This document shows positions 16,262 to 24,954 of a DNA stretch of 25,159 nt, in pieces. The notes under the pieces are model-generated. The model did not search any database and was not told where the DNA came from. It saw only the letters and a list, made by a program, of their open reading frames with translations. The position numbers and the translations under genes are program-made. This stretch comes from a virus (taxonomy: Duplodnaviria > Caudoviricetes), in the IMG/VR virus record IMGVR_UViG_3300044267_003362, positions 1-25,159 of that record; one strand, written 5' to 3'. Every line of letters starts with the position of its first letter. Position 1 is the first letter of the stretch.

Positions 16262-18178
16262 TTAAACCCTATCTAGCCAATCTTTTGTACCAAAGTTATT
16301 CTTATATCTTTGCACAAGGTCTTTTTCAATAATAGTATATTCAAAATCAACCTTTATTGCTCTTGGTACTCTATATGTTGAAACTCTACCATCTGCTGTA
16401 GTTGTATTTGTTGTTTCCCAATACATATCTTCTTCTATATTATATGTTAATGAGCTTAAGAATCCGGGTTGATTTACTATATAATCTCCAATTGTCATTC
16501 TCATAAGTGGAGCTGACATTTGATTAAAATTACCAGATTCATATTTTGGCATAGTATATCCTGCCAGTCTATTTAATTTTTGATACATTGACCTTAAGCT
16601 TGTTCTATTAATTGCATAAGCTGTAAAGCCTGAACCTATCTTTCTTGCAGCTGAGCCTTTATAGTGCCATACTGGTTCTGCCCTACCCATATAGGTTGTC
16701 TCAGACCATTCAGGTGCAAATGTATCTGTTATCCCAGCCAATGTACATCTAAATACCATTATATTCTTGTCTTTATCTATGTCTGAGAATCTCAGTTCTA
16801 TTAAATCACCAGCACCTTTAAGTTGTGTCTCTGTATAACTATCTGTATTTCCCTCTCCACTTCTATCACTATTTACTATACCTATTTCATCTCTAGTTGT
16901 AGTGTCTAAACTTTCAGCCATATCTTTGCCATTCAATTCATAAGCATCTTTTACTGTTGTTTTGCTATATCCAAAACCTTTTGAAATTGTACTATCACCA
17001 CCATCCTTTCTATATGGGTCTAATTCTGCAGGATTTGCAGGCAATGCCTCCTTTCCTGTTTTATAAACCCTAAAGTCTATTATGCTATTAATTTCTTTAG
17101 CAGTTATTGCCTGTACTCTATTTATATTGCTCATTCCATTATAAGCATAGCCAGCTGGTAATGTTTTTATATTTGTTTGGTCTAGTTTATCATCTGTTAT
17201 TTCTACTCTAACTATGTCTGTTTTACCAATTCCATACGTAGAAGCTGGTCCAGCAGGAGCAGAAAGATATGGCCATGCCCCACCTTTAACAACTGCCTTA
17301 CTAACACTTGCTGGATAAAATGCATCAGACATCATATTTAACAACCTATTATAGCTATTTTTGTAATTTCCTGCCTTGTCCTTATTTAGCGTTCTTCCAA
17401 TTGGGTCTGCATTCCTTGTATATAATTCTGATTTTTCATTTCTGCTTTTTGCAACTTCTGCATATCTTTGTATTGAATTGGCATCTGTATTTTCCTGGCC
17501 AGGTATTATACCATGTCTGGTAAGATGGAGGCCTGCTGCATTACCTGCTATTTGTAATAAAGTTGTTGCAGGATTATAAACTCTTGTTGGCCTACCAGCA
17601 ATTTGTCCTAATGATTCCCATCCTAATACTGGTCTTTGTTCTAATTTTGGAGCAGTAAGCTGTAAACCTATTTGTTGTGCTATAAATAATAAACCTTTTG
17701 GTCCACCAACCATAAACTTAGCTATTCTTAGTCCATCTATAACTGACCTTTCTACTACTGATATCCCTCCTCTTACTAGGCCATGTGGTTGTCCAAATAT
17801 TTCACCACCTCTATGTATATAAGGTGATATACCAAAGCTTCCCCAAATTGCTGGCTTTTTTATATTATTTCTTTGAATGCCTCTCATAATGAAAGGTTCT
17901 TTTATCCAACCAGTTTGAGGTGAATCAGTTCTCATACTGAACTTTCTATATTGCTCCATTATAGTTTCTGATTCTTTCTCTTCTATTTTATTAAGATTTA
18001 TTTTCGTATTAGATAAATCTGACTTATTTTGAAATGCATCTTTTCTAGAATCTCCTGATGTATCTGGTTCTAGCTGATGAGAAGATAGCTTTGCATTATA
18101 GAATGCTGCAAGATTTGTTTGTTGGTTTACAATAATCTGCCCTGAAGCTGGTATTTGTGGGTCGTTTCCATGTGCCAT
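16262..18178 (-). CDS. Baseplate tail-tube initiator-like protein (gp48/gp54-type) with a long N-terminal extension
   Basis: C-terminal ~180 aa FRCTL..ITDTFAPEW....YMGRAEPVWHY...KLNRLA...APLMRMTIGD...PGFLSSL fits tube-fold initiators; lies right after the tape measure gene (TAATG overlap). Confidence 0.65.
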   Translation of the reverse strand: MAHGNDPQIPASGQIIVNQQTNLAAFYNAKLSSHQLEPDTSGDSRKDAFQNKSDLSNTKINLNKIEEKESETIMEQYRKFSMRTDSPQTGWIKEPFIMRGIQRNNIKKPAIWGSFGISPYIHRGGEIFGQPHGLVRGGISVVERSVIDGLRIAKFMVGGPKGLLFIAQQIGLQLTAPKLEQRPVLGWESLGQIAGRPTRVYNPATTLLQIAGNAAGLHLTRHGIIPGQENTDANSIQRYAEVAKSRNEKSELYTRNADPIGRTLNKDKAGNYKNSYNRLLNMMSDAFYPASVSKAVVKGGAWPYLSAPAGPASTYGIGKTDIVRVEITDDKLDQTNIKTLPAGYAYNGMSNINRVQAITAKEINSIIDFRVYKTGKEALPANPAELDPYRKDGGDSTISKGFGYSKTTVKDAYELNGKDMAESLDTTTRDEIGIVNSDRSGEGNTDSYTETQLKGAGDLIELRFSDIDKDKNIMVFRCTLAGITDTFAPEWSETTYMGRAEPVWHYKGSAARKIGSGFTAYAINRTSLRSMYQKLNRLAGYTMPKYESGNFNQMSAPLMRMTIGDYIVNQPGFLSSLTYNIEEDMYWETTNTTTADGRVSTYRVPRAIKVDFEYTIIEKDLVQRYKNNFGTKDWLDRV

Positions 18179-20667
18179 TAGTCTGTTCCTCCTCCAGTTG
18201 CTAATCCTATTACTTCACCTGCCTTTATTCCGTCAATATTAACTACACCACCTGCTTTCACTGCATCAATTAAGTCGTCTAGTTTATCAAGTATTGCTTG
18301 GTTTTTATCTTCTTTCTTTCCACCACCAACACCTCCTCCACCAAATGCAACCATTGCTGCACCTAATACTCCACCAAGTATAAGTAGAGTTGGTAGCATT
18401 GGAGTAAGCATTAATAGTGCAACTGCCAATCCTGCTATTGAAAGTGCTATTGAGCCTATTCCTAGTGCAACAGTAAATAAACCTGCACCAGCAGCTACAA
18501 GAGGTAATATAGCTTCAGTTAACATTGGTAGTGCTATTCCGAAAGCTATAAGAGTTTCAAGGAATGGTGATAATATAGCAATTCCAGCAGCAAACATTAA
18601 CACACCAAAGCCAAATGCTGCCATTCCTAACCCTGCCAAAAACAGTCCTGGTGCAATAGCTACAAGTTTCGGTAAATGTGTACCAAAGAATTCTCCTACC
18701 ATAGCCATATCTACATTTTCAAGTAGCATAAATGCTAATGCCAATGGTAAAATACCTAAACCTAATGCTGCTAATGCAGCAGCACCTGCAAATATCCAGG
18801 GTGCAAGGAACCCAAGTCCAGCAGCTATTAATGCTAATAGCGTAACTGCACCTATGAATGCAAACATTGTTCCAATCGGAACTTCTGCTATTAACCAAAA
18901 TGCAAATGCAAGTGGTATAAGTGCAATTGCTAAAACTAATATTGCAAGAGCACCAATCAATATATTAGCTGCTAATTGTCCTAGTACTGCAGCTACAATT
19001 GCCATAAGTACTAAGGCACCTATTGCTATAAATACATTTGCCCAATTAATCTCATCACTTAGCTGTTTTGCTGCTAGTGCGAATACAAATAATGCAGCAG
19101 AAAGAATTAGTATTGCAGCTGCACCTTTAATCATATTACCAATTCCACCCTTCATTGCCCCACCAGTTTTTCCAGGTGTGGTTGTCTTATCAGTTTTAAT
19201 TTCTGGTTGCTTTTGTTTATCTCCTAACATACCACCAGTATTTCCACCACCCATCCATTTATTCATTTTATTAAGTATTATTGCTTGCGCTACAGCTTGT
19301 GCTATTGCAAGACCAAATTGTGTCATTGCTTGCTTAGCACCTTCACTTATTGTTTTATTTTCTTTTAGTATTTCACCAGTAGCTTCGTAGTGTGCTCTTG
19401 CCTCTGCAGATAAATCTTTTATCTTTTCTTGATTTTCTGCCATCTTAATTATATCTGGGACTGACATATTTAATGCATCTGCTAGTGCTTGTTGTTCTAT
19501 AACATTCATTGACTGAAATTGCTCTATGCTTCCTACGTTCTTAAGTATTTCTTTTAATACTGTTGCCTCATCTCCCCTTAGTGCAGCTGATCTAGCCTTT
19601 TCAAGATTTAATTTTCTACCAAGTAATACTTCAGCTGTCATTTGCTTTTCTATACTAGACTCAACATCCAATAAACCTCTTCCTGCATCTATTACTGAGC
19701 TTAATTCTATGCCTAATTCTGATGCACCCATTGCAGCTTCAACAAAGCTTTTAGCACCTTCCTTACCAAATCTAGCTATCTCATCCATACTACCAGCCAT
19801 ATTACTTAATACTTTAGCAGGTGCTACATCTCTTGACTTTGCAAGACTAATTGCCATATCATCTACATTAAGGCCTGCCTCCTTAGAAGCTTCAGTCATC
19901 TCTGCAGCCTGTTCAGCTGACATTCCAAATGCCTCAGTAAGTACAGCAACATTCATAGCTGCATGTCTTACTTCTTTTCCAGTAAGAGCTGTATTTAAGT
20001 ATATTGACTTTACTGCAGTTGATGCCTCCTGTGCATCTACACCCATCATCTTCAATTGCACATTTACAGCTGTAATTTCTGCTCCCATCTTTGCAGACTG
20101 AGCAGTATTCATACCTAATTCCTTTTGAGTATCTCTAATTGCACTACCAAGCTTACCAACTGCTGCAATTAATGCAGACATTGCAACAACACCCATCATC
20201 TTTGGGTCTCTTGCTAGGTTTGTATATTCTTCGAACGACCTGCCAAATACTCCAAACTCTTTGTTTATCTCTGCAATTGCATCTTTTCTTTCTTTCTCTA
20301 GGTCTCCTATCGTCTTTGTGGTTTTCTCAACAGTTTCTTGGTCATCAAGCATACTTTTTATATTATCAGCCATATCGCCGAATATCTTATTTACCTTTAG
20401 CCCTTCCTTTGCAAGGTTTTGCATTAATGTGACCCTTGCTGTTTCTATCATCTGAGCTCTAGTAGCTGCATCTAAATTTTCACTCATTGCATCACTTAGA
20501 GACTTAGTGTAATTATTATATATCGCAGCCTCATCAGTTGACATCTTTTGTTTTGCCACTATACCATCGAGGATACTTGCAAATGATTGTGCCTCAGCGT
20601 TAGCTTCCTTATAGGCAGCAGCTAGCTGTTTGGCATCCATTGCTTCACTTTTAGTCTCTTTAGCCAT
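18178..20667 (-). CDS. Tape measure protein
   Basis: Ala/Glu/Lys-rich helical N-terminal half (ESSIEKQMTAEVLLGRKLNLEKARSAAL) and long hydrophobic C-terminal repeats; sits between the tube/chaperone genes and baseplate genes. Confidence 0.88.
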   Translation of the reverse strand: MAKETKSEAMDAKQLAAAYKEANAEAQSFASILDGIVAKQKMSTDEAAIYNNYTKSLSDAMSENLDAATRAQMIETARVTLMQNLAKEGLKVNKIFGDMADNIKSMLDDQETVEKTTKTIGDLEKERKDAIAEINKEFGVFGRSFEEYTNLARDPKMMGVVAMSALIAAVGKLGSAIRDTQKELGMNTAQSAKMGAEITAVNVQLKMMGVDAQEASTAVKSIYLNTALTGKEVRHAAMNVAVLTEAFGMSAEQAAEMTEASKEAGLNVDDMAISLAKSRDVAPAKVLSNMAGSMDEIARFGKEGAKSFVEAAMGASELGIELSSVIDAGRGLLDVESSIEKQMTAEVLLGRKLNLEKARSAALRGDEATVLKEILKNVGSIEQFQSMNVIEQQALADALNMSVPDIIKMAENQEKIKDLSAEARAHYEATGEILKENKTISEGAKQAMTQFGLAIAQAVAQAIILNKMNKWMGGGNTGGMLGDKQKQPEIKTDKTTTPGKTGGAMKGGIGNMIKGAAAILILSAALFVFALAAKQLSDEINWANVFIAIGALVLMAIVAAVLGQLAANILIGALAILVLAIALIPLAFAFWLIAEVPIGTMFAFIGAVTLLALIAAGLGFLAPWIFAGAAALAALGLGILPLALAFMLLENVDMAMVGEFFGTHLPKLVAIAPGLFLAGLGMAAFGFGVLMFAAGIAILSPFLETLIAFGIALPMLTEAILPLVAAGAGLFTVALGIGSIALSIAGLAVALLMLTPMLPTLLILGGVLGAAMVAFGGGGVGGGKKEDKNQAILDKLDDLIDAVKAGGVVNIDGIKAGEVIGLATGGGTD

Positions 20668-20677
20668 AAATTACACC

Positions 20678-21019
20678 TTATATTGAGTTAAATTCTTTTT
20701 CAAAATTAGGAATTGATTTTTCAATGTTATTCTTAAAACCAAATGGTACTTTATCCCAGCTACCGTATTCTTTTTCTAGCTTTTTTGCAAGCTTTAATAA
20801 GTTATCATAAGCAGACCTTCTTTTCTTTTTAACAACTGCAACTTTTTGGTCTATTTCATAATTTTTGATATTTTTCTTTTTATCATAAACTTTTGAAGCT
20901 ATACCTCTAACTATACCTTGTAGGTCTTTTAGTGGTGACCATTCACTAATATTGCCTTTTATCTCAGCTTTTATTAGCTCCTTAAGCTCTCTTCTTTTAC
21001 TGTAGTTATTTGTCGACAT
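20678..21019 (-). CDS. Hypothetical basic protein, 113 aa (possible head-internal protein)
   Basis: AGGAGA RBS at 21027-21032; own GATATTTATA motif; N-terminal LKELIKAEI...ISE. Confidence 0.75.
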   Translation of the reverse strand: MSTNNYSKRRELKELIKAEIKGNISEWSPLKDLQGIVRGIASKVYDKKKNIKNYEIDQKVAVVKKKRRSAYDNLLKLAKKLEKEYGSWDKVPFGFKNNIEKSIPNFEKEFNSI

Positions 21020-21043
21020 AGATAATTCTCCTAATTAGTTTAT

Positions 21044-21053
21044 TATAAATATC
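21044..21053 (-). promoter_or_regulatory. GATATTTATA motif (putative late promoter)
   Basis: 16-nt block 21039-21054 is identical to 22789-22804 (TGATATTTATAATAAA on the coding strand). Confidence 0.6.
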
Positions 21054-21065
21054 AATTAGGATAAA

Positions 21066-21323
21066 TTATCTACGTCTAGATGGCATTGAAGGTTTAGAAG
21101 GCTTTGAATAGCTTGGTGGTCTTGAATTTGGAGACTTACCTTTTGATGCCCTCTTATTTGCTTCTGCTTCTGCCTTTAACTGTTCTTCTAATTCCTTAAA
21201 GTAGAATCTACGCAGCCAAATTGGGAGATTATAAACTTCTTTATGAGTAAAACCTCCGCCTCCATGATAGCATATCTGGAAGATTTGTTTGTGAAGGGCA
21301 GGTCTATACGCCGGCCCCAGGCC
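21066..21323 (-). CDS. C-terminal extension of the tail assembly chaperone (gp51/gpT-like), probably reached by +1 frameshift
   Basis: GLGPAYRPALHKQIFQICYHGGGGFTHKEVYNLPIWLRRFY... has no in-frame ATG or RBS near its start and begins exactly at a T7 run inside the 3' end of the upstream gene. Confidence 0.7.
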   Translation of the reverse strand, partial: GLGPAYRPALHKQIFQICYHGGGGFTHKEVYNLPIWLRRFYFKELEEQLKAEAEANKRASKGKSPNSRPPSYSKPSKPSMPSRRR

Positions 21324-22182
21324 AAAAAAAGTTGACACCAAGTGGCATCTTAATCTTCTGCTCGTTACCTGTTGCTTCACTATAATACCAAATACTCATA
21401 TCTACATCTGGTTGTATTTCTTGCATATGTTCTCTAAATGCAATTGAATCTTGTGCTAAAAATTCATTTTTAATAAATCTATTAATAGCAACTTCTGATT
21501 CATCTCCATCAACTGATAGAATCATGTATTTATATCTTACAGTGAGTTCATTTTTAGGGTCATCTTTCTTTCTACCCCTTTGATTTTTCTTAAGCTCTAA
21601 TCCAATCTTAACCTCATCACCGTGATTTAAGATTTTCCACTTAATCTTTCTTTTTGATTTTGGTAGCTCATATTCAAACTGATTAAGACCATCAGTGTAA
21701 TTTTTGCCCTCTACTAAGCCTGACTTTTGCTTTAGGTCTTGTAGGTTTACCTTTATTCTTTCTTTTTCATTAGTCCATGGGTCCATAATTTCTGCTTCAT
21801 ACTCAGCACCATAACCTAATATTCTTGCTGCAATCATAATTGCATTTTTATCACCAATTAATAGTTTATGATATGGTACATTACCCACAACAAGAGCTTT
21901 TAATAATTTATCAATTACTGTACCTTGCTGTATTAGATTTTGTGATGTTAAAATATCCTCTTCTTTTGCTGTCATATATTTTAACTCTACTGTTCCAGAA
22001 CGTAATGGATTCCCCTCTTCATACAATACACCCTTTGATGGAAGCTCTATTGTCTCAGTTGGAAAATCATGCTCAACCTTTCCACCTTCCTTTTCAAATT
22101 CTTCAATAAGTTGTTTTTTGATATCTTCGTTTCCTGTGCCTTTTTTTGCACCTGGATAGTCGGTATTCATTTTACCTGCCAT
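21304..22182 (-). CDS. Tail assembly chaperone / baseplate hub assembly protein (T4 gp26-like)
   Basis: IELPSKG..Y, YMTAKEEDIL, L..GDKNAIMIAARILGYG, FEYELP.SK..I, ending NFFWP; follows the tail tube gene; AGGAGA RBS at 22188-22193. Confidence 0.8.
   Translation of the reverse strand: MAGKMNTDYPGAKKGTGNEDIKKQLIEEFEKEGGKVEHDFPTETIELPSKGVLYEEGNPLRSGTVELKYMTAKEEDILTSQNLIQQGTVIDKLLKALVVGNVPYHKLLIGDKNAIMIAARILGYGAEYEAEIMDPWTNEKERIKVNLQDLKQKSGLVEGKNYTDGLNQFEYELPKSKRKIKWKILNHGDEVKIGLELKKNQRGRKKDDPKNELTVRYKYMILSVDGDESEVAINRFIKNEFLAQDSIAFREHMQEIQPDVDMSIWYYSEATGNEQKIKMPLGVNFFWPGAGV
21321..21333 (-). other. Putative +1 slippery site AAC TTT TTT TGG followed by a GC-rich stem
   Basis: T7 run at 21324-21330; frame 0 reads N-F-F-W, the +1 frame reads F-F-G and stays open for 85 more codons. 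Confidence 0.6.
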
Positions 22183-22217
22183 GTTTGTCTCCTTTATTCA
22201 TAATTTAATAACCTATA

Positions 22218-22227
22218 TATAAATATA
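22218..22227 (-). promoter_or_regulatory. TATATTTATA variant of the late-type motif upstream of the chaperone gene
   Basis: Lies just downstream of the tail tube terminator, consistent with re-initiation. Confidence 0.5.
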
Positions 22228-22238
22228 ACCTTAAGACG

Positions 22239-22261
22239 AAAAATGCCCCGATTTGGGGCAT
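22239..22261 (-). terminator. Rho-independent terminator after the tail tube gene
   Basis: Coding strand ATGCCCC-AAATC-GGGGCAT-TTTT: perfect 7-bp GC-rich stem plus U tract, about 25 nt after the stop codon. Confidence 0.8.
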
Positions 22262-22286
22262 ATTTTCTTTATATATCAAGTAGCGA

Positions 22287-22775
22287 TTAGTATTGTAATA
22301 CTGCGTAGTCGTATGCTAATTCTACACTAATATTAATTGGGTCATCAGTAGCCCATTCCAAGTCACCAAATGTAGCATTAACAATAAATGCACCAAATAG
22401 TGTCCATTCCTCTACCTTATCACCAACAGGACCTAATGTATTAATTGTTACGTTTTTCTTGTAAAAATCTGCATATCCTGCTCTACCAGTTACTGATTCA
22501 TATCCTAATCTTACCCATTCCATTACTGCTTGAGCACCTGAAGGTACTACCGGATCGTACATTTCAATAGTTACGTTTTCCCACGTAGCCTTACCTTGAA
22601 TCTTTCTCTTTGTATTGATGTGGTCTAATTCCTTCGCCTCAATAGCAATTGTTGGTCTATTTACTTTTTTACAAATGAATGAAGGTATTCCATCAACATA
22701 CAAGATAAATCTATTCGATACCTTTGGTTGAAATGCCTGAAACATTAATTCATTTGGGTCTATCACTTGAGCCAT
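22287..22775 (-). CDS. Tail tube protein (T4 gp19-like)
   Basis: FQPK..NRF, RP, GKATWENVTIEMYDP, VMEW, YKKNVTI..LGPVGDKVEEWTL.GAF, L.YDYA; directly after the sheath gene; AGGAGA RBS at 22782-22787. Confidence 0.92.
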   Translation of the reverse strand: MAQVIDPNELMFQAFQPKVSNRFILYVDGIPSFICKKVNRPTIAIEAKELDHINTKRKIQGKATWENVTIEMYDPVVPSGAQAVMEWVRLGYESVTGRAGYADFYKKNVTINTLGPVGDKVEEWTLFGAFIVNATFGDLEWATDDPINISVELAYDYAVLQY

Positions 22776-22793
22776 GTTTTATCTCCTATTTAT

Positions 22794-22803
22794 TATAAAT
22801 ATC
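22794..22803 (-). promoter_or_regulatory. GATATTTATA motif (putative late promoter) upstream of the tail tube gene
   Basis: Exact motif in a 29-nt intergenic gap, followed by AGGAGA. Confidence 0.6.
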
Positions 22804-22804
22804 A

Positions 22805-24619
22805 TTAATCACCAAAAGTTGCACCAGTTGGTAAGACATTAAAGTCTATTACTATAAATTCAGCAGCCTTTGCTGGTTGTAAGAATATTTCACCTTTTAA
22901 GATATTTCTATCAATTACATCAGGTGTGTTATTTGTTTCATCCATTACAACTCTAAAAGCATAAAGACCTTGTTTTGATTGTACATCTGCCATATATGGA
23001 TTTACAGCAGATAAGAATGTATTCCTTGTTGCAGCTGTGTTATTTTCAAATACAAGATATCTAGATGTAGAAGCAATGAACTTCTTAAGTCTAATTAATA
23101 ATCTTCTTACATTTACCCTATCCATAGCAGATGCTTTTCTTTGAAGTGTTTTTTGTCCCCAAGCACATACACCTTGTCCAGGGAATGTTGCAATAGGATT
23201 AACACCTTTTTCATATAAAGTATCTCTATCAGAGTGTGGTAATTTTCTTTCAGCCATAATTGCAGAATCAAGACCTCCTCTGTTTAATCCAGCAGGAGCA
23301 AACCATTCATGAGCAACCTGGTCATTAAATGCATATACACCAGCCATTAAACAAGATGAAGGTACCCAAACTAATTGATTAGTTGAAGTATCATTCGTTA
23401 AACACCATGGGTAGTAGAATGCACCGTATGATGAATCAAATGAATCACCTTGAGTTGCAGCAGCAGATGGAGCATTTCCATGTGATACTGGGTCAAGAAT
23501 TGCAAATGAATCACCTCTATTTTCCATTGTATCAAGTATTAATGATGTTAAACCTGAGTGCTTATTTGCAACTACACCTGGTACCAATAACATATTAATA
23601 TCATAATCATCTGCATTACCCATTAAAATAATTGCATCTTGTAATTTGTCAAATGAAGTTGCAGTACCGTAGTTATATCCTTGTACATTGTATGTATCAA
23701 TATTTTCATTCCAAGCAGCAGCTGTATTAGTCCATCCAGCACTTCCATCACTACCACCAGTAAATGAACCTGACCAAGCACCTCCTGCACCATCACTTGG
23801 TAATGAGGCAGTTAATGAATCCAATCTTCTTGAACCGTCTTCTAATAAATAATTAGGTGTAGCTTTTTCTACAGATTTAATTCTTATATATTTTGACTTG
23901 TTAACATATGTACCTGTTGTTTGTACATATCTAGAATCACCTGTTCCTGCAATTACATGAGTTTGATTTCCAATAACTCTTTCAATGTAATTTGAAGCAT
24001 TAGGGTCAAGAGATAAATCGTTCCAAGATTCTAAAGCAACCTTTCTCTTTTTAGAGTCATCACCTCTTCTAACAAGAAGTGTAAATGTACCTTTTGTTTC
24101 ATTTATATTATTAACTTCAAGCCTTAAATTATCTCTACTTCCACTTGCTGTAAGCATATGACTTGATATTGAACCAGAACTATTCATATTTTCACCATGT
24201 GCAAGTGTCTCAACTGTAAATGATGATGTAATATCTCCTTGGCTTGTATAAGTACCACTTGCAGTAGCACTTCCAGCATATGCAGATTCTGAAATAGGTA
24301 CCTTACATGTTGCAGGAGTAAAACTACCTGATAGTACCCTTACAACTGTTAATGCGCTACCATTCTTTAAGTATTCTTTTGCAGCAATATTTGTTAAAAA
24401 TGAGTAATTTCTTTTATCTGCGTCGGTTGAACCTGAAGTTACGTAATCTCCAAAGATTGAGACGAACTCAGTATAATTAGATACCATTGTCGGTACCATT
24501 GCAGGACCTTTAGCTGTTGGTCCAATTACCGCAGCACCAATCTCACCTACAGCTTGGGGTAAGAATGATAAATCTTTTTCCGAGGTAAATACACCTGGTG
24601 ATACAATTTTCTCAGCCAT
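22805..24619 (-). CDS. Tail sheath protein (T4 gp18-like)
   Basis: SPGVFTSEKD, GPTAKGP, YYPW, WFAPAGLNRG, NPIATFPGQG...WGQKTL, RVNVRRL, FENN, PAKAAEFIVIDF; AGGAGA RBS at 24627-24632. Confidence 0.96.
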   Translation of the reverse strand: MAEKIVSPGVFTSEKDLSFLPQAVGEIGAAVIGPTAKGPAMVPTMVSNYTEFVSIFGDYVTSGSTDADKRNYSFLTNIAAKEYLKNGSALTVVRVLSGSFTPATCKVPISESAYAGSATASGTYTSQGDITSSFTVETLAHGENMNSSGSISSHMLTASGSRDNLRLEVNNINETKGTFTLLVRRGDDSKKRKVALESWNDLSLDPNASNYIERVIGNQTHVIAGTGDSRYVQTTGTYVNKSKYIRIKSVEKATPNYLLEDGSRRLDSLTASLPSDGAGGAWSGSFTGGSDGSAGWTNTAAAWNENIDTYNVQGYNYGTATSFDKLQDAIILMGNADDYDINMLLVPGVVANKHSGLTSLILDTMENRGDSFAILDPVSHGNAPSAAATQGDSFDSSYGAFYYPWCLTNDTSTNQLVWVPSSCLMAGVYAFNDQVAHEWFAPAGLNRGGLDSAIMAERKLPHSDRDTLYEKGVNPIATFPGQGVCAWGQKTLQRKASAMDRVNVRRLLIRLKKFIASTSRYLVFENNTAATRNTFLSAVNPYMADVQSKQGLYAFRVVMDETNNTPDVIDRNILKGEIFLQPAKAAEFIVIDFNVLPTGATFGD

Positions 24620-24678
24620 TTATTTCTCTCCTAAAATTCTGTTAACATATGAAATACGTTTATGTATTCTATTCGTTA

Positions 24679-24688
24679 TATAAATATC
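24679..24688 (-). promoter_or_regulatory. GATATTTATA motif (putative late promoter) upstream of the tail sheath gene
   Basis: Exact motif in intergenic DNA. Confidence 0.6.
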
Positions 24689-24705
24689 AAATAAAAAGTG
24701 CAAAA

Positions 24706-24954
24706 TTACGATCTAGGAGTAAACTCTCCTTTTTCAATATCAATAGTTCCTTCACCATATTTTTCTTTTAGCTGAAGGCCTAATTCATCTTCGCTTTTTT
24801 GCAAAACTTCAAGCTCTGATAATATGCTAACCCTTTGTTTTTCTATCATAGCCTTTTGTATCTCTAAACCACCTAATCTATCTTGTACTTCAAGATACTT
24901 ATTAGCTATGTCTTTTAATTTTGTTAATTCATCTGTTGTAAACTTTTTTACCAT
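24706..24954 (-). CDS. Small coiled-coil protein, 82 aa
   Basis: AGGAGA RBS at 24961-24966; heptad pattern ending L.EKYGEGTIDIEKGEF. Confidence 0.8.
   Translation of the reverse strand: MVKKFTTDELTKLKDIANKYLEVQDRLGGLEIQKAMIEKQRVSILSELEVLQKSEDELGLQLKEKYGEGTIDIEKGEFTPRS

Noticed and set aside
21331-21380. Independent start (MKQQVTSRR...) for the 104-aa ORF
   Set aside because: It lies inside the chaperone gene with no SD sequence, and the protein-like sequence begins only at the T7 run, so a frameshift explains it better.
783-23598. All plus-strand ORFs in the six-frame track (for example 13478-14023, 18854-19390, 19526-20101)
   Set aside because: They lie antisense to well-supported genes, lack RBS and motifs, and the longer ones mirror Ala/hydrophobic codon bias on the opposite strand.
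11353-24619. Interpretation as a bacterial tailocin, eCIS or T6SS locus
   Set aside because: The tail genes are contiguous and co-oriented with phage-type replication genes (gp32-like SSB, helicase, RNR) and there are no host housekeeping genes, which fits a phage genome.
24645-24675. Weak hairpin upstream of the tail sheath gene
   Set aside because: AT-rich, bulged and short, with no U tract; not distinguishable from background.
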